Positions 42,359 through 52,566 of a stretch of DNA of 57,653 bases are shown here, piece after piece (the stretch's first letter is position 1; every line of letters begins with the position of its first letter). The position numbers were made by a program, and so were the translations under genes. The stretch is taken from contig MRSU01003374.1 in NCBI GenBank assembly GCA_008369845.1, positions 1 to 57,653 of the forward strand. Direction: 5' to 3'. Under the pieces are notes generated by a model, which was given only the letters and a program-made list of their open reading frames with translations, searched no databases and was not told the origin of the DNA. The DNA is from Trichomonas gallinae (taxonomy: Eukaryota).

Positions 42359-43171
42359 TTAATCATTGATAGCATTCCAATTGATTGGAGTTCTTCCATT
42401 CTCTACGAGGTACTTGTTAGCCTTCCTGAAGTGATCGCAACCAGAGAAAGGACTTGTTTGATTCAATGGAGAAGGATGTCCACAGATAAGCACCAGATTA
42501 TTCTCGCGATCTATTCCAGAAACAACTTTCTGTGCATCTTTACCCCATGCAAGATACACAACGTGACTTACATGTTTATTTAATGCATCAAGAGCGGCAG
42601 ATGTGAAATTAGACCAACCGTAGCTTTTGTGACTGTTTGATTTTCCAATATCGAGTGTTAAAGTTGCGTTTAAAAGCAAAACACCTTGCTTTGCCCAATT
42701 TTCGAGATAGCCGTGTTTTGGAATGATAAAGTCATCCTGATATGTGCGTTTTATCTCTTTGTATATGTTAATAAGACTTGGTGGAATCTTTTTACCTTTC
42801 CTAACGGAAAATGATAATCCATGAGCTTCTCCTGGATTTTTATATGGGTCTTGGCCCATAATCACAACTTTGACGCTGTTTATCGGACAGAACTTAAAAG
42901 CATTAAGTACGTCCTCCTTTGGAGGAAATACAACATTATCTCGAGATTTGATTTTTCTGAGTAATTCTGGGAAGTACGGCTTCGTGAACTCATCTTTGAG
43001 CGCTTGGCGCCATGATGGCTCTAAGCAAGCCTTGAAATGTTCGACGTCCTCGAAAATCTTTGAGAAATCCGGCGGATTTGGATCAATAGGGATGTCTACA
43101 GCGACTGGGTCAATCTTTGGTTTGACTGGTTTAGTCACTGCTCCACCAAAATTCAAAGTCGTCTGTTTCAT
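42359..43171 (-). CDS. UNG: Uracil-DNA glycosylase, family 1
   Basis: GQDPY, HGLSFS, PPSL, QGVLLLN, WG..A and HPSPL motifs. Confidence 0.95.
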   Translation of the reverse strand: MKQTTLNFGGAVTKPVKPKIDPVAVDIPIDPNPPDFSKIFEDVEHFKACLEPSWRQALKDEFTKPYFPELLRKIKSRDNVVFPPKEDVLNAFKFCPINSVKVVIMGQDPYKNPGEAHGLSFSVRKGKKIPPSLINIYKEIKRTYQDDFIIPKHGYLENWAKQGVLLLNATLTLDIGKSNSHKSYGWSNFTSAALDALNKHVSHVVYLAWGKDAQKVVSGIDRENNLVLICGHPSPLNQTSPFSGCDHFRKANKYLVENGRTPINWNAIND

Positions 43172-43726
43172 ATTTTTTTCTTTGGAAAACTGAACTTTTT
43201 TTTCTCGAATAAAAAGCTTTTTAAATAATTCATTTACTTAATCAAAACTTGAAATCACGTTGTCTTTTTTTTTCTGGCAACATTAATTAAATTTACTGGT
43301 TATCCGAAACTGAGTGTCAACACTTCAACCCTCGGCCTCACATTGGCAGCAGATGCCCGTACAAGTCTCATTCATGTTTAATTTAGAATTAATCGAATTT
43401 TGATCAAAATCGCCTCAAAATCTTTCTAAAATCACCGTTTATAAAATCTATAAGTGTGGCTAAAATTTTGGCTGTTTTTCACATAACAAATTTTTTCTGA
43501 AAATTTAAAAAAGCCGAGTTTAACGGTAATATTGTTGAACCACGCATGTGTAGCCAAAAACAAGCCCATTGGCTGATTTAGAGTTCGTAAAACCTGTATT
43601 TGTGCATTCATATAAAGCTTTAAGGCGAAATCTAATCGATTTTTTATTGTTGAATTCCATTGATTAGATCTATTCCTGGTGAATGGCAGGTTTATAAATA
43701 GAAATGTTTAGTATAAACGAAAAACA

Positions 43727-45100
43727 TTATATATTTTTAGCAAGTTCCTCCCACTTGCTTAAATTAGAATTAAATTGGTTAACAATATCTTCTAGACATC
43801 CGAAAAACTGATTATCTGCATCTAACAGCTGTTTGGTGCAGAATTTGTAAAATCCAATCTGACCTTGAGGTAGAGGAGTTGGATTATTTCTATCGAATCC
43901 CTTTGTAATTTGAATACCATGTTTAGTTTCATCCTCGCCTTGCTGGAACCATTCTTCTGTGAGTTGTTTCGCCATAAATTCACTATCTTCGAAAAGTCTG
44001 CATGTATTCGATAAATCGGCGAGTTTCATGACAGCTTGGCAGGCAAGTAGTCTCATCTCTATTGAACCATCGAATTTTCCAACGTTTTCTGTAATCTTGT
44101 CGACGAACATTTTATGTTTGCTCATATCTGTTGAAAGAATGATTTCCTGTATGAATGTGAATAGCTGAATTCTCATTTCTTCTGAGAATTCTGATAATGT
44201 TTTTGCGAATATCTTCTTTATCATTTCTTTTGCGAGGCACTCGTGATGATATTCGAGGGGCGGGAGGTCGGGCCCACTCTCCTGAGCGAACTTCGAGTTG
44301 ACTTTCCTGTGGAAGTCGTTCGTTCGTCCGTTGTGTTCCAAGTCGTGACAGAGAACTGCGAGCAAAAGGCTGAACCTGTCTAGCGGCTGTAGCATCTGTT
44401 TGATCTTGTCGATCGAAATGAGGTAGTAAACGAACTGAGTTGCGTCTATCGCGTGGCGCCAATTGTGGTAAGGGACGCAATTATAATGGGACCGAACGGC
44501 AGTTATAAATGCAAAAATGGATTTCCAGTCTAGAGGGAGATCCGAGTCATGGAGTGAGTCGTAAAAGAAGGAGAAAAGCATATCAAAGGCGGAATCGATA
44601 TTAAGATTTTCGACGGAGAACTTATGTGTTTGATAGGTTTTAAAATCTTCTGGCTTCATCGACTTGACGCGATCTAGAGCGAGAGATGCATCATATTTGT
44701 AAATGTTAGCGATTTTTTCGAGTTGATCTATTGCGGCTTGGGGAAAACTAGAAATAGGTACGTTAGTTAATGAGCTAACAAACATATTTGCTTTGTGTAC
44801 GTCGATTTTTGTCGAATTAACATATAATGGGCCAGCAACGTTTCCAAATTTTTCGAGAGAAATCGAGGTTAATTTGTGTATTTCGGACGAGAGTATTTTT
44901 GGTAAAAGCGGATAGATGTCGTCTGATTTGAATTCGTCAATATCTGTAGAATATACGAATATATCTTCGAACTCGGGGTGGACCTGGAAGACCACAGTAC
45001 CGAGTCCGTGAACAGAATCAGTGAATTCATGCGCTGATTTGATGATAGGACCTTCTATCGTGTGTTTTAAATGTTGGTTCAATTCGGTGATTCTGATCAT
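43727..45100 (-). CDS. Class I 3',5'-cyclic nucleotide phosphodiesterase
   Basis: YHNWRHA, CHDLEHNGRTN, LEYHH, STDM, ADLSN, EEWFQQG and QIGF motifs. Confidence 0.93.
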   Translation of the reverse strand: MIRITELNQHLKHTIEGPIIKSAHEFTDSVHGLGTVVFQVHPEFEDIFVYSTDIDEFKSDDIYPLLPKILSSEIHKLTSISLEKFGNVAGPLYVNSTKIDVHKANMFVSSLTNVPISSFPQAAIDQLEKIANIYKYDASLALDRVKSMKPEDFKTYQTHKFSVENLNIDSAFDMLFSFFYDSLHDSDLPLDWKSIFAFITAVRSHYNCVPYHNWRHAIDATQFVYYLISIDKIKQMLQPLDRFSLLLAVLCHDLEHNGRTNDFHRKVNSKFAQESGPDLPPLEYHHECLAKEMIKKIFAKTLSEFSEEMRIQLFTFIQEIILSTDMSKHKMFVDKITENVGKFDGSIEMRLLACQAVMKLADLSNTCRLFEDSEFMAKQLTEEWFQQGEDETKHGIQITKGFDRNNPTPLPQGQIGFYKFCTKQLLDADNQFFGCLEDIVNQFNSNLSKWEELAKNI

Positions 45101-46299
45101 ATGATTTTTTTTTTAACGTAAACTACAGAAGTAAAACATAGAATTTGTTTCGATTAAAATATAGCCTTGCTAAGGTCATGTAAGCTTATATCCAAAGAGA
45201 AAAAATCATTAACAAAAATTTTAGAAAATATGAATAAATGAGAAACATTTACCCCAAAATAATCGAAAAAATATGAGATTGACTTTGGAAATATTCAAAA
45301 GTTAAAAAATTGGTCACAAAAAGGATTATTTTGTGAGGTTAGAAATTACAATTTTGAATACATAACCGTTATCTAAAAAGTTATAAAATCATACACATAA
45401 TACTAGTGTTAAAATTTTAAGGATTTGTGCAACATAAAATTTTTCTCGAAAATATTTGATCACTGTTTATGCCAATAGTATGTGATACTTGTGATATGGT
45501 TTTCAGGACAAAAATGTTAGTAAAAAAAGATTTGATGAGAAAATTGCACTTTTTTATTTGAGATTTCTATAATATAGGACTAACGCTACAATTTCTGTTT
45601 TAATCCGAGCTGACACAAAAAAAAATTTGAAAGTCAGTTCAATTAATTTCGCCTCGTCCAATGAAAAATCAGTCATAAAAGTTGCTTATATAAATAGTAT
45701 CCACGAAATTTTTAATCAAAACTTAGTGGATTCAGAACAGTAATAAACAGGAATTAAATCGACAAAATGCATTTAATATATCCATTTGTAGACAGATATA
45801 TGACAGAAAATGATCTGAGAAAAGGACAATGCCACAGGAAATATTAATAACGATTATTTTTAAATTCGAAAACCGCTGCCCAACTGCTATTCAAAAAAAT
45901 ATTGATTGGCGAGTGTCATCGAAATTTCGGCTGATAAATGCATATCCAGTAAAAATGTTTTAGTACGTTATTTAAAATAGTTTTTGAAAGCAAATAACGA
46001 TTTAACTGATTATTTTGCATCATTCTATAGCTGCACTATAGATCTTTTGCGTTTTTTGACATGTCAAACAGAAAAACTAATTATATTTTTGAATAGACCA
46101 CACAAATATTCTAAAAAGCTCATCTCAAAAATATAATCTCTCAAACCATCGTGTTTTATTCTTAACAAGATTTAAATGGCATTCATTGATCTAATGGCCA
46201 ACTAGTAGAAATATCAGTGTTATTTAGCATTTTCTCAAGATTAATATTATTTATCCTTTCAGATTGATTTCAGCAAATGGCTAATCAATATTCGTAATT

Positions 46300-47460
46300 G
46301 ATTTAATCGATGCATTCCAATCATTTATTTATTTTCCATTTTGCGGTCAATATATTCCCAAACTCGATCACGCGCATTTTATAAAACATGTTCATTGCTT
46401 ATACAATCTATTAATACGATTACAATCTATATTGGCCTCCTACTTTGATCAAAAAAATAATTTTATAATTTTTTCGACATTAAACAGCCAATTTCGGGTT
46501 TTCGAAACGGAGAAAATTATGCTCTTTAATAATAATTTATCAACATTATCAATATTCGTTTCATTATTTCAAAATTTGAAAAATAAATCTCGCACAGACA
46601 ATTTCGCTTGCTCATTGTATTTTTATAATCTATACGGTTTCATAATCTCAATAAATTATTCCATAATGCCCTTCATCTATTCTTATTGTTCAATAATTTT
46701 AATTTGTCATCGAAACATTTTAAATTGATTTCGAATATCCATTCATGATTACAATAATGATTAACATCTCAATACCATTTCGATAGCTATTTTACGCAAA
46801 AAATATGATTTATCATATTCTCCATTTTTCTTGCGTAATGAGTTGAGATTCATGTAATAATGCATGATATTGAAACATTGAAGAAAAATATTTTTTTATT
46901 ATTCAAACTCGTTTGGCTCTGGATTTTGAGCCACTAGTCTCTGTGCAGGTAATGGCAATATAAACTGTTTCGATACTGGCATTACATACTTTGACGTTCT
47001 ATTGTTTATGTCACTTTTCAATTAGTTTTCTAAAAAATCACCACAGTTGCACTATTTCCACCTACCAATCATTTTTGCACCGAGATTGCTGAATGTTGGT
47101 ACTTTAATTGGACCTATTTACTCTTTTATCAATTAAACAATCTCTTATTTTTTCGAAGTCTTTGCAAGTGAGCATTAGCGTCATACTCTTTGTTTGATCC
47201 GTTTCATAATACAACTTACCATTTATAAATTATCGAATGTTTTATTTTCCATCAAAAAAATAAGTTTCGGTAATGTATCTTTTCGAATAAGTTTTCCTTC
47301 AATCATTTGAAATTTACTACCAAATCATCGTACAATGATTAAAATATTTCCATTTTTTCCAATATATTTTTTTTCTAACCTTGTCTGGACAAAAACCAAT
47401 TGGATGGAAACCGCATTGACTGTCCATTGTAAAAATTACATTTCGAGTCTTCCAAAACAT
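46300..47460 (-). pseudogene. Possible decayed protein-coding sequence, unidentified; boundaries approximate
   Basis: Lies in a 2.5-kb gap with no long ORF; ATG at 47460, then protein-like minus-strand reading broken by stops and apparent frameshifts at homopolymers; no family recognised. Confidence 0.25.
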
Positions 47461-47648
47461 ATTTTTATTGAAATTGTAATTTTAAGATTATTCTCACGGT
47501 TTAACCTTTAAGAGGATGAATTATAATCCTGACGTAAAATATTTTAGAGTTCTCGATTTGTTTTTTCTTGAATTGCAGGAAAATTACAACAAAAAATGAA
47601 TACATCAAAAAAAATCAGAATAATTTGCTTTAGATTTTTAGTAGATAA

Positions 47649-48362
47649 ATGATTGACGTTGTGAAAGCTCTTGGTAAATCATGTATTTCGTATCCTGCCA
47701 TAGCATTTTGGTGCTGGATCGCACACCTAATCATATATTCCATCTTCTCTTACGGATTAGTTGTTGGAGCTGAAGGATTTAATTTCGATTCGCTGCCACT
47801 TGAATATGAATTCAGAAAATACACACAGTTCATTCATTTAATCGATATCTCAACGTATTCCCAGACAATTGTATTGGTTCAAATTTATTATTTTATTCTT
47901 CGTTATTTCAAGAGATGTTCGACTCATGCTGCACCAAGAGCAAGTACTAAGTTCCGATACTACCAGAAATTAATAATTTATCCGATGTTTCTCAACATTA
48001 TAACCAATATTTCAAATATTTTAATAAATGCTGAAGGCAATCCCACGATTTACTTGGCAAATTACTTCATACTGATGTTTTCAGAGATAATTTTTATACA
48101 TATTTACAACCAAGTCTATATAATTGAACAAGGCGAAATTTTACCACCTGGCTGGGGAGCTGATATAGTAATAGTTATATCATATATCATCGTATTCATT
48201 GCATTAGTCTGCAAGTTAGCGTTTTCCAGCAAAAATTTGATAACAATTCTTGCTCCTTATTTCAAAATACTGCTTTGCATAATAATAACGTTTAAGCGCA
48301 TAATTATTACCGTTGGAGCTTTGGGAAATCGTTTTGTTAAGCTTCCTGAAGATTTATTATAA
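47649..48362 (+). CDS. Multi-pass membrane protein of unknown function
   Basis: 237-aa ORF, about 6 hydrophobic segments, AAATG start. Confidence 0.7.
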   Translation: MIDVVKALGKSCISYPAIAFWCWIAHLIIYSIFSYGLVVGAEGFNFDSLPLEYEFRKYTQFIHLIDISTYSQTIVLVQIYYFILRYFKRCSTHAAPRASTKFRYYQKLIIYPMFLNIITNISNILINAEGNPTIYLANYFILMFSEIIFIHIYNQVYIIEQGEILPPGWGADIVIVISYIIVFIALVCKLAFSSKNLITILAPYFKILLCIIITFKRIIITVGALGNRFVKLPEDLL

Positions 48363-48508
48363 ATTGTTTGTTTTATTATCATAATTCATCATTCTTGCTA
48401 CAATTGATTCTATTTACTTTATATTGAGCTTTAATTTTAACATCATATATTTTTTTTGAAAATATAATATAGAATTAACACGTAATAGTATATTTAAATT
48501 AAACACAA

Positions 48509-49012
48509 TTAGTTAGCGCGTATAGTTTCGACGAGTTTTTGGATTGTAAACTCAGAATCAATCTTTTGAAGAATTTCTGTATCATCGACAGCTGGAATAT
48601 CTTCAATTTTATATTCCATCCATGGGAATTCCTTAGAACTATTATTGAGATCGAAGAAGGAGCTGAAGATAATTGAACCAGATTGATTAACTTTTGAGTC
48701 AGCAGCAGGAGCAGTTTCAACCGTTCCAATGTTTGTAGCTTCCGATGGCTTGTATGCCTGATCATCGCTAGAAGCGTCTGACTGATCAGTCTCATCATCA
48801 TCATCTTTTTCATTTGTTTCTACGATACTGTGTGAGATGTCGTCTGCTGTAATTGGTTCTGGGGCTGTTTCGAGGCTAAATAAGAGAGGGCTTGAAGGAA
48901 TTTGACCTTCGTCTTTATTAATCGCTTCAACATCGAAAATAACGGCCGCTGTTTGTGCTTCTTCCGGTGGAGGAGCCAATGGGGAACCTTCAATATTCAT
49001 ATCGTGACTCAT
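48509..49012 (-). CDS. Small acidic, likely disordered hypothetical protein
   Basis: 167-aa ORF, D/E/S/P-rich; GTCACTTT about 36 nt upstream on the minus strand. Confidence 0.65.
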   Translation of the reverse strand: MSHDMNIEGSPLAPPPEEAQTAAVIFDVEAINKDEGQIPSSPLLFSLETAPEPITADDISHSIVETNEKDDDDETDQSDASSDDQAYKPSEATNIGTVETAPAADSKVNQSGSIIFSSFFDLNNSSKEFPWMEYKIEDIPAVDDTEILQKIDSEFTIQKLVETIRAN

Positions 49013-49128
49013 TCTTTATTTTATTCTAAATCCAAAAAATAATCTAAAAAGTGACAACAATAAAAACATTTTTCGAATTTGATTATAAAAATAGTATATT
49101 TAGAGTTAGATTAATATAAAAAACAAAT

Positions 49129-50349
49129 TTATAACATATTTACAGGTACAACTGATAAATCAAAAGGTGATTCCTTACCTGGGTGGTTGTTAATAAACTG
49201 CCTGACCTTGGGGCAGCGCACTCTTAAAGTTAATGAGGCGTCTCTCGTTTGTTCTGAAGAATCTTGTGCAATTTCACCTTTTTCTAGGTTATCATCACAA
49301 ATGTAACGGACATTAAAGCCACGCTCATATGTCTGATAATATTCTGTTGGATTATCACTGTTCACTTTTGGAGTTATCATTGTTGATGCTGCAGATCTTG
49401 CATGATTGAGATCTGTCCTACACATCTTGTAACCGAAGTAGAAATTAAACATTCCTCCACCAGCAATTTCTACTTGATATGGAATTGCAGCATAAATACT
49501 CCAATCAGCATAAACATCTGTTCCATTAGGTAGTGTCCACCTGGATGTTGTGAGGTTATAGAATTTGTATGCTCTATCATGATCTATGTGATGCGCTGAA
49601 ACTTGGGGATGAAATTGAGTTCTTCTATCCTCGAGCTCTTCTGGAACATCTGGCCAGAATCTTTCTGAATCTGCCTGTAAGTATGATGAATAGCCACGTG
49701 GACCATCGTCAAAGTATCTTTCAAGACACAATGCGAATCGAATATCTGAGCCAACGTTTGCTAAGTTGAAAATATCTGAGCATGGTAAAAATTTATCCTT
49801 AACACGTTGAATGAATGATTTTGAGATGATAATTCCAGATCCTCCGTGAACGAAATCATGGAATTTATAAATATTCTTGAAAAATGGTGTAGAAAATGAG
49901 GCAACACCGTAAGTAACACCGTACATTGCATCTTTGTTTGGATCATGCGTTTCTAGGAAGTCCATCAAATTATCCATGAAAAAGTACGTGTCATCATCGA
50001 AAAATACATACCACTCCTTTCCAGGGTTGCGCTCAACGAAATCGTGCATAGAAACAAGATGCCTAGCTTGTGCGTGATTCCAAGCAGTATCGAATTCTGA
50101 TCCCATCAACGCGAACGTTTGCAAATCAAGTTTTCTGAAATGAATATTTAAGTGATTGTTTTGTTTGACGCACTCTTCTGCCTCGCCTGGAGGAAAATCT
50201 TCTGCATAAATCGTAACTTCTGGTAATAACTGATACCATGTTCTTGAATTCGGTAATATTCGATTTTTGATGCATCCTGCACCACTCCACGAGCAAAATG
50301 CAACATCTGAAATATTTATTGATCCAGTAAAAGCAAAAAACAAAAACAT
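49129..50349 (-). CDS. Fringe-like / GT31 beta-1,3-glycosyltransferase
   Basis: Short signal-like MFLFFAF; WYVFFDDDTY (DxD), HGGSGIIIS, SDIRFALCL; ATG at 50349. Confidence 0.8.
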   Translation of the reverse strand: MFLFFAFTGSINISDVAFCSWSGAGCIKNRILPNSRTWYQLLPEVTIYAEDFPPGEAEECVKQNNHLNIHFRKLDLQTFALMGSEFDTAWNHAQARHLVSMHDFVERNPGKEWYVFFDDDTYFFMDNLMDFLETHDPNKDAMYGVTYGVASFSTPFFKNIYKFHDFVHGGSGIIISKSFIQRVKDKFLPCSDIFNLANVGSDIRFALCLERYFDDGPRGYSSYLQADSERFWPDVPEELEDRRTQFHPQVSAHHIDHDRAYKFYNLTTSRWTLPNGTDVYADWSIYAAIPYQVEIAGGGMFNFYFGYKMCRTDLNHARSAASTMITPKVNSDNPTEYYQTYERGFNVRYICDDNLEKGEIAQDSSEQTRDASLTLRVRCPKVRQFINNHPGKESPFDLSVVPVNML

Positions 50350-50623
50350 TATAATCCTTCTGTCACGTAAATCAAAATTTGTCAAATAAACATTTTTGCC
50401 ATGTAAATTTAAAATTTGTCAAATAAACATAGTTTTAAACAAATTAGACCATTCTCTACTAGTATAACTTTTCTAGTCAGTTATCTCCTATCTAAAGTCA
50501 TTTATTGACTTCTTTGTCTTGGTGAAATAAAATTTCAAAATATATTTTATAAGACTTGTAGATTTATAGCATACATTTGAGGTTTTATCCACAGAATAAC
50601 AAAAAGAACTATATAAATATATT

Positions 50624-51238
50624 CTAGTCAGTATAATCACTGTCGTCGTCGTAACCATCGTCTTCTGCATCTGATTCATGGTAAATTCTAAATCCAAATA
50701 CACGTGGAACATAAACACGTTGTTGCTCACGTGGAACTATTTCTGGATATTTCTGCATAAACATATGAACCCAATTAGGGCCGAAGAAGGCTCCATCAAT
50801 TTGTGCTAAAACTGGATCATCTACGTTATATATATCACAGCAGTTCGGACAGAACATTTTCATTTTTGCGACTCCATATTCTTCTGATATTCCGTAAGGA
50901 AGACATGTGCAGTTCTTGCAATACACGCGCGGGCACTGCTGGAACTCATGATTCTTGTATTTGATCATCATTTGTTCCCAGCCTGGCTTTGTGAGAAGGA
51001 ATCTTGCTTGAAGAAGGCCGTAAACAATGATTGCGTCGTTTTCTATTTCCTCGCCAGACTTGCCTGTTCGGGCGCTAGATCTGATCAAGTCGTAGGCTTC
51101 AGTAAAATGTGCAACATTTTTTCTGATGCCAAATAAGTTAAATGAGTTAAATGCGAACTCGTCGTCGATCCTCACGAAATACTTGAACTTATCTGATTCA
51201 AGAACGCGATCAATCCAACGCATATCTGCTTCACTCAT
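50624..51238 (-). CDS. CKB: Casein kinase II regulatory (beta) subunit
   Basis: FNLFGI, YGLLQARFLLT, CPRVYC...CLPYG...MFCPNC.DIY zinc ribbon, DGAFFG, YVPRVFGFRI. Confidence 0.93.
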   Translation of the reverse strand: MSEADMRWIDRVLESDKFKYFVRIDDEFAFNSFNLFGIRKNVAHFTEAYDLIRSSARTGKSGEEIENDAIIVYGLLQARFLLTKPGWEQMMIKYKNHEFQQCPRVYCKNCTCLPYGISEEYGVAKMKMFCPNCCDIYNVDDPVLAQIDGAFFGPNWVHMFMQKYPEIVPREQQRVYVPRVFGFRIYHESDAEDDGYDDDSDYTD

Positions 51239-51269
51239 ATTTTTTTTCTTTCTGTTATATTATTTTGTA

Positions 51270-51282
51270 AACTGAAACGGTC
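51270..51282 (-). promoter_or_regulatory. M3-like (GACCGTT, Myb-type) motif abutting Inr-like TCAGTT upstream of CK2-beta
   Basis: Minus strand GACCGTTTCAGTT, about 32 nt before the ATG at 51238. Confidence 0.35.
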
Positions 51283-51877
51283 GAATTTTTAAGATTTTTT
51301 AAAACTAAAAATATATAATGAATACATTCTAAGTATTCTATTTTCATCAAAATTTTTAAAATTTGTAAAACAATCATATTTGATGATTAACCTTATTTCA
51401 CGGCGATTCTTATTCAACAGAAAACATCTTAAGTTCAATTATAGATAAACTTACTTATTAAAACATAGAGAACACAACCCGATGTATTAGAATACTTATG
51501 ATATTAAACAGTAGATCAAATATATTGCTTTGATTTTTCTATTGCAATTTCGAAATCATTGATTTTGATTGTTAAACTATATATCAAACTATATTGCTAG
51601 TACTTTCACTTTTTGCAATACAATACTAGTCAATATTTATGATTGATTTTTCAATTTTCCGATTATTTTGCAATTGACGTGTTTAGTTGTAATAAAAGAT
51701 TTAAGAGTCAAAAAAAGCTATTGCACTATGATTTAACTAATTAATTACTAGATGAAATATCAAGATAATATAATTTAAGCGTGGTGCAATGAATTGTTAC
51801 AAGGATTAGCCATACATTGCTTAGTGGTTTGGATTGTACAGTTTTCATTTTATTATTTTGTTTGCTTTCTTTGAAGA

Positions 51878-52471
51878 ATGGATCATCGAATAGAAGGAAC
51901 TTATGTTTTAAGAGTTCAAGATATGCCAGTGCTTGATATAGAGGATGATGATAGATATGATGGCTATTTGGATGTCTATTTGCCAAATAAAGATTCTAAG
52001 CCAGTATCAATTAAATATAACAGACGCGAAACGGTCGAAAAATTCCGTGCAAGGATTACAAGTGTAACAGGATTTGATACTACAGACTATTTTCTAGTAA
52101 GCGATAATGGAAATATTGAAGATGGAATGACTTTAGACGAATATTTCCCGCCAGTTAAACACAAAAAGACTATGAAGAAGAGTACTGTTACAGAAGACTA
52201 CTTTATGATCGACGGAAATAGAATTGTTGATAGATCTGGAATTGTCGACAAAGTCGAGGCGAAACATGGTGGAAAGAATACCACTATTGTCCTCATGAAG
52301 AAAGGAGCCCAGAGAGAAGAATATCTCAAAAAGCGCGAAAAAGTTATTCAAGGACGAGAATTGAGGATGAAAAGAGGTATATATATGGACACTCCTCCAA
52401 TGTTACCTCAAAAAAGAACAAAAATAGGTAAATCAGCACATTTACCAACATTTGTATCAACTAAGAAATAA
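51878..52471 (+). CDS. Hypothetical protein with a ubiquitin-like domain and basic C-terminus
   Basis: ETVEKFRARITSVTG...FLVSDNGNIEDGMTLDEY parallels ubiquitin DTIENVKAKI...LIFAGKQLEDGRTLSDY. Confidence 0.6.
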   Translation: MDHRIEGTYVLRVQDMPVLDIEDDDRYDGYLDVYLPNKDSKPVSIKYNRRETVEKFRARITSVTGFDTTDYFLVSDNGNIEDGMTLDEYFPPVKHKKTMKKSTVTEDYFMIDGNRIVDRSGIVDKVEAKHGGKNTTIVLMKKGAQREEYLKKREKVIQGRELRMKRGIYMDTPPMLPQKRTKIGKSAHLPTFVSTKK

Positions 52472-52566
52472 ATATTTTGTTTGTATTCGGTAAATATGAG
52501 CTATTTTTCAAAACAAGATTCAAACACTTTAAGATATAACAAACAAATATAAATTAAATATATAAG

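Noticed and set aside
43286..43375. Selenoprotein reading of MNETCTGICCQCEAEG-TGA
   Set aside because: No SECIS or redox motif recognised, and the peptide is tiny
34264..45100. Adenylyl cyclase plus PDE as a cAMP gene cluster
   Set aside because: Separated by two unrelated genes; both families are large, so proximity is expected by chance
46450..47120. TAA/TAG=Gln alternative genetic code in the stop-riddled frame
   Set aside because: TGA stops and frameshifts also occur, and real genes here end in TAA, TAG and TGA, so the code is standard
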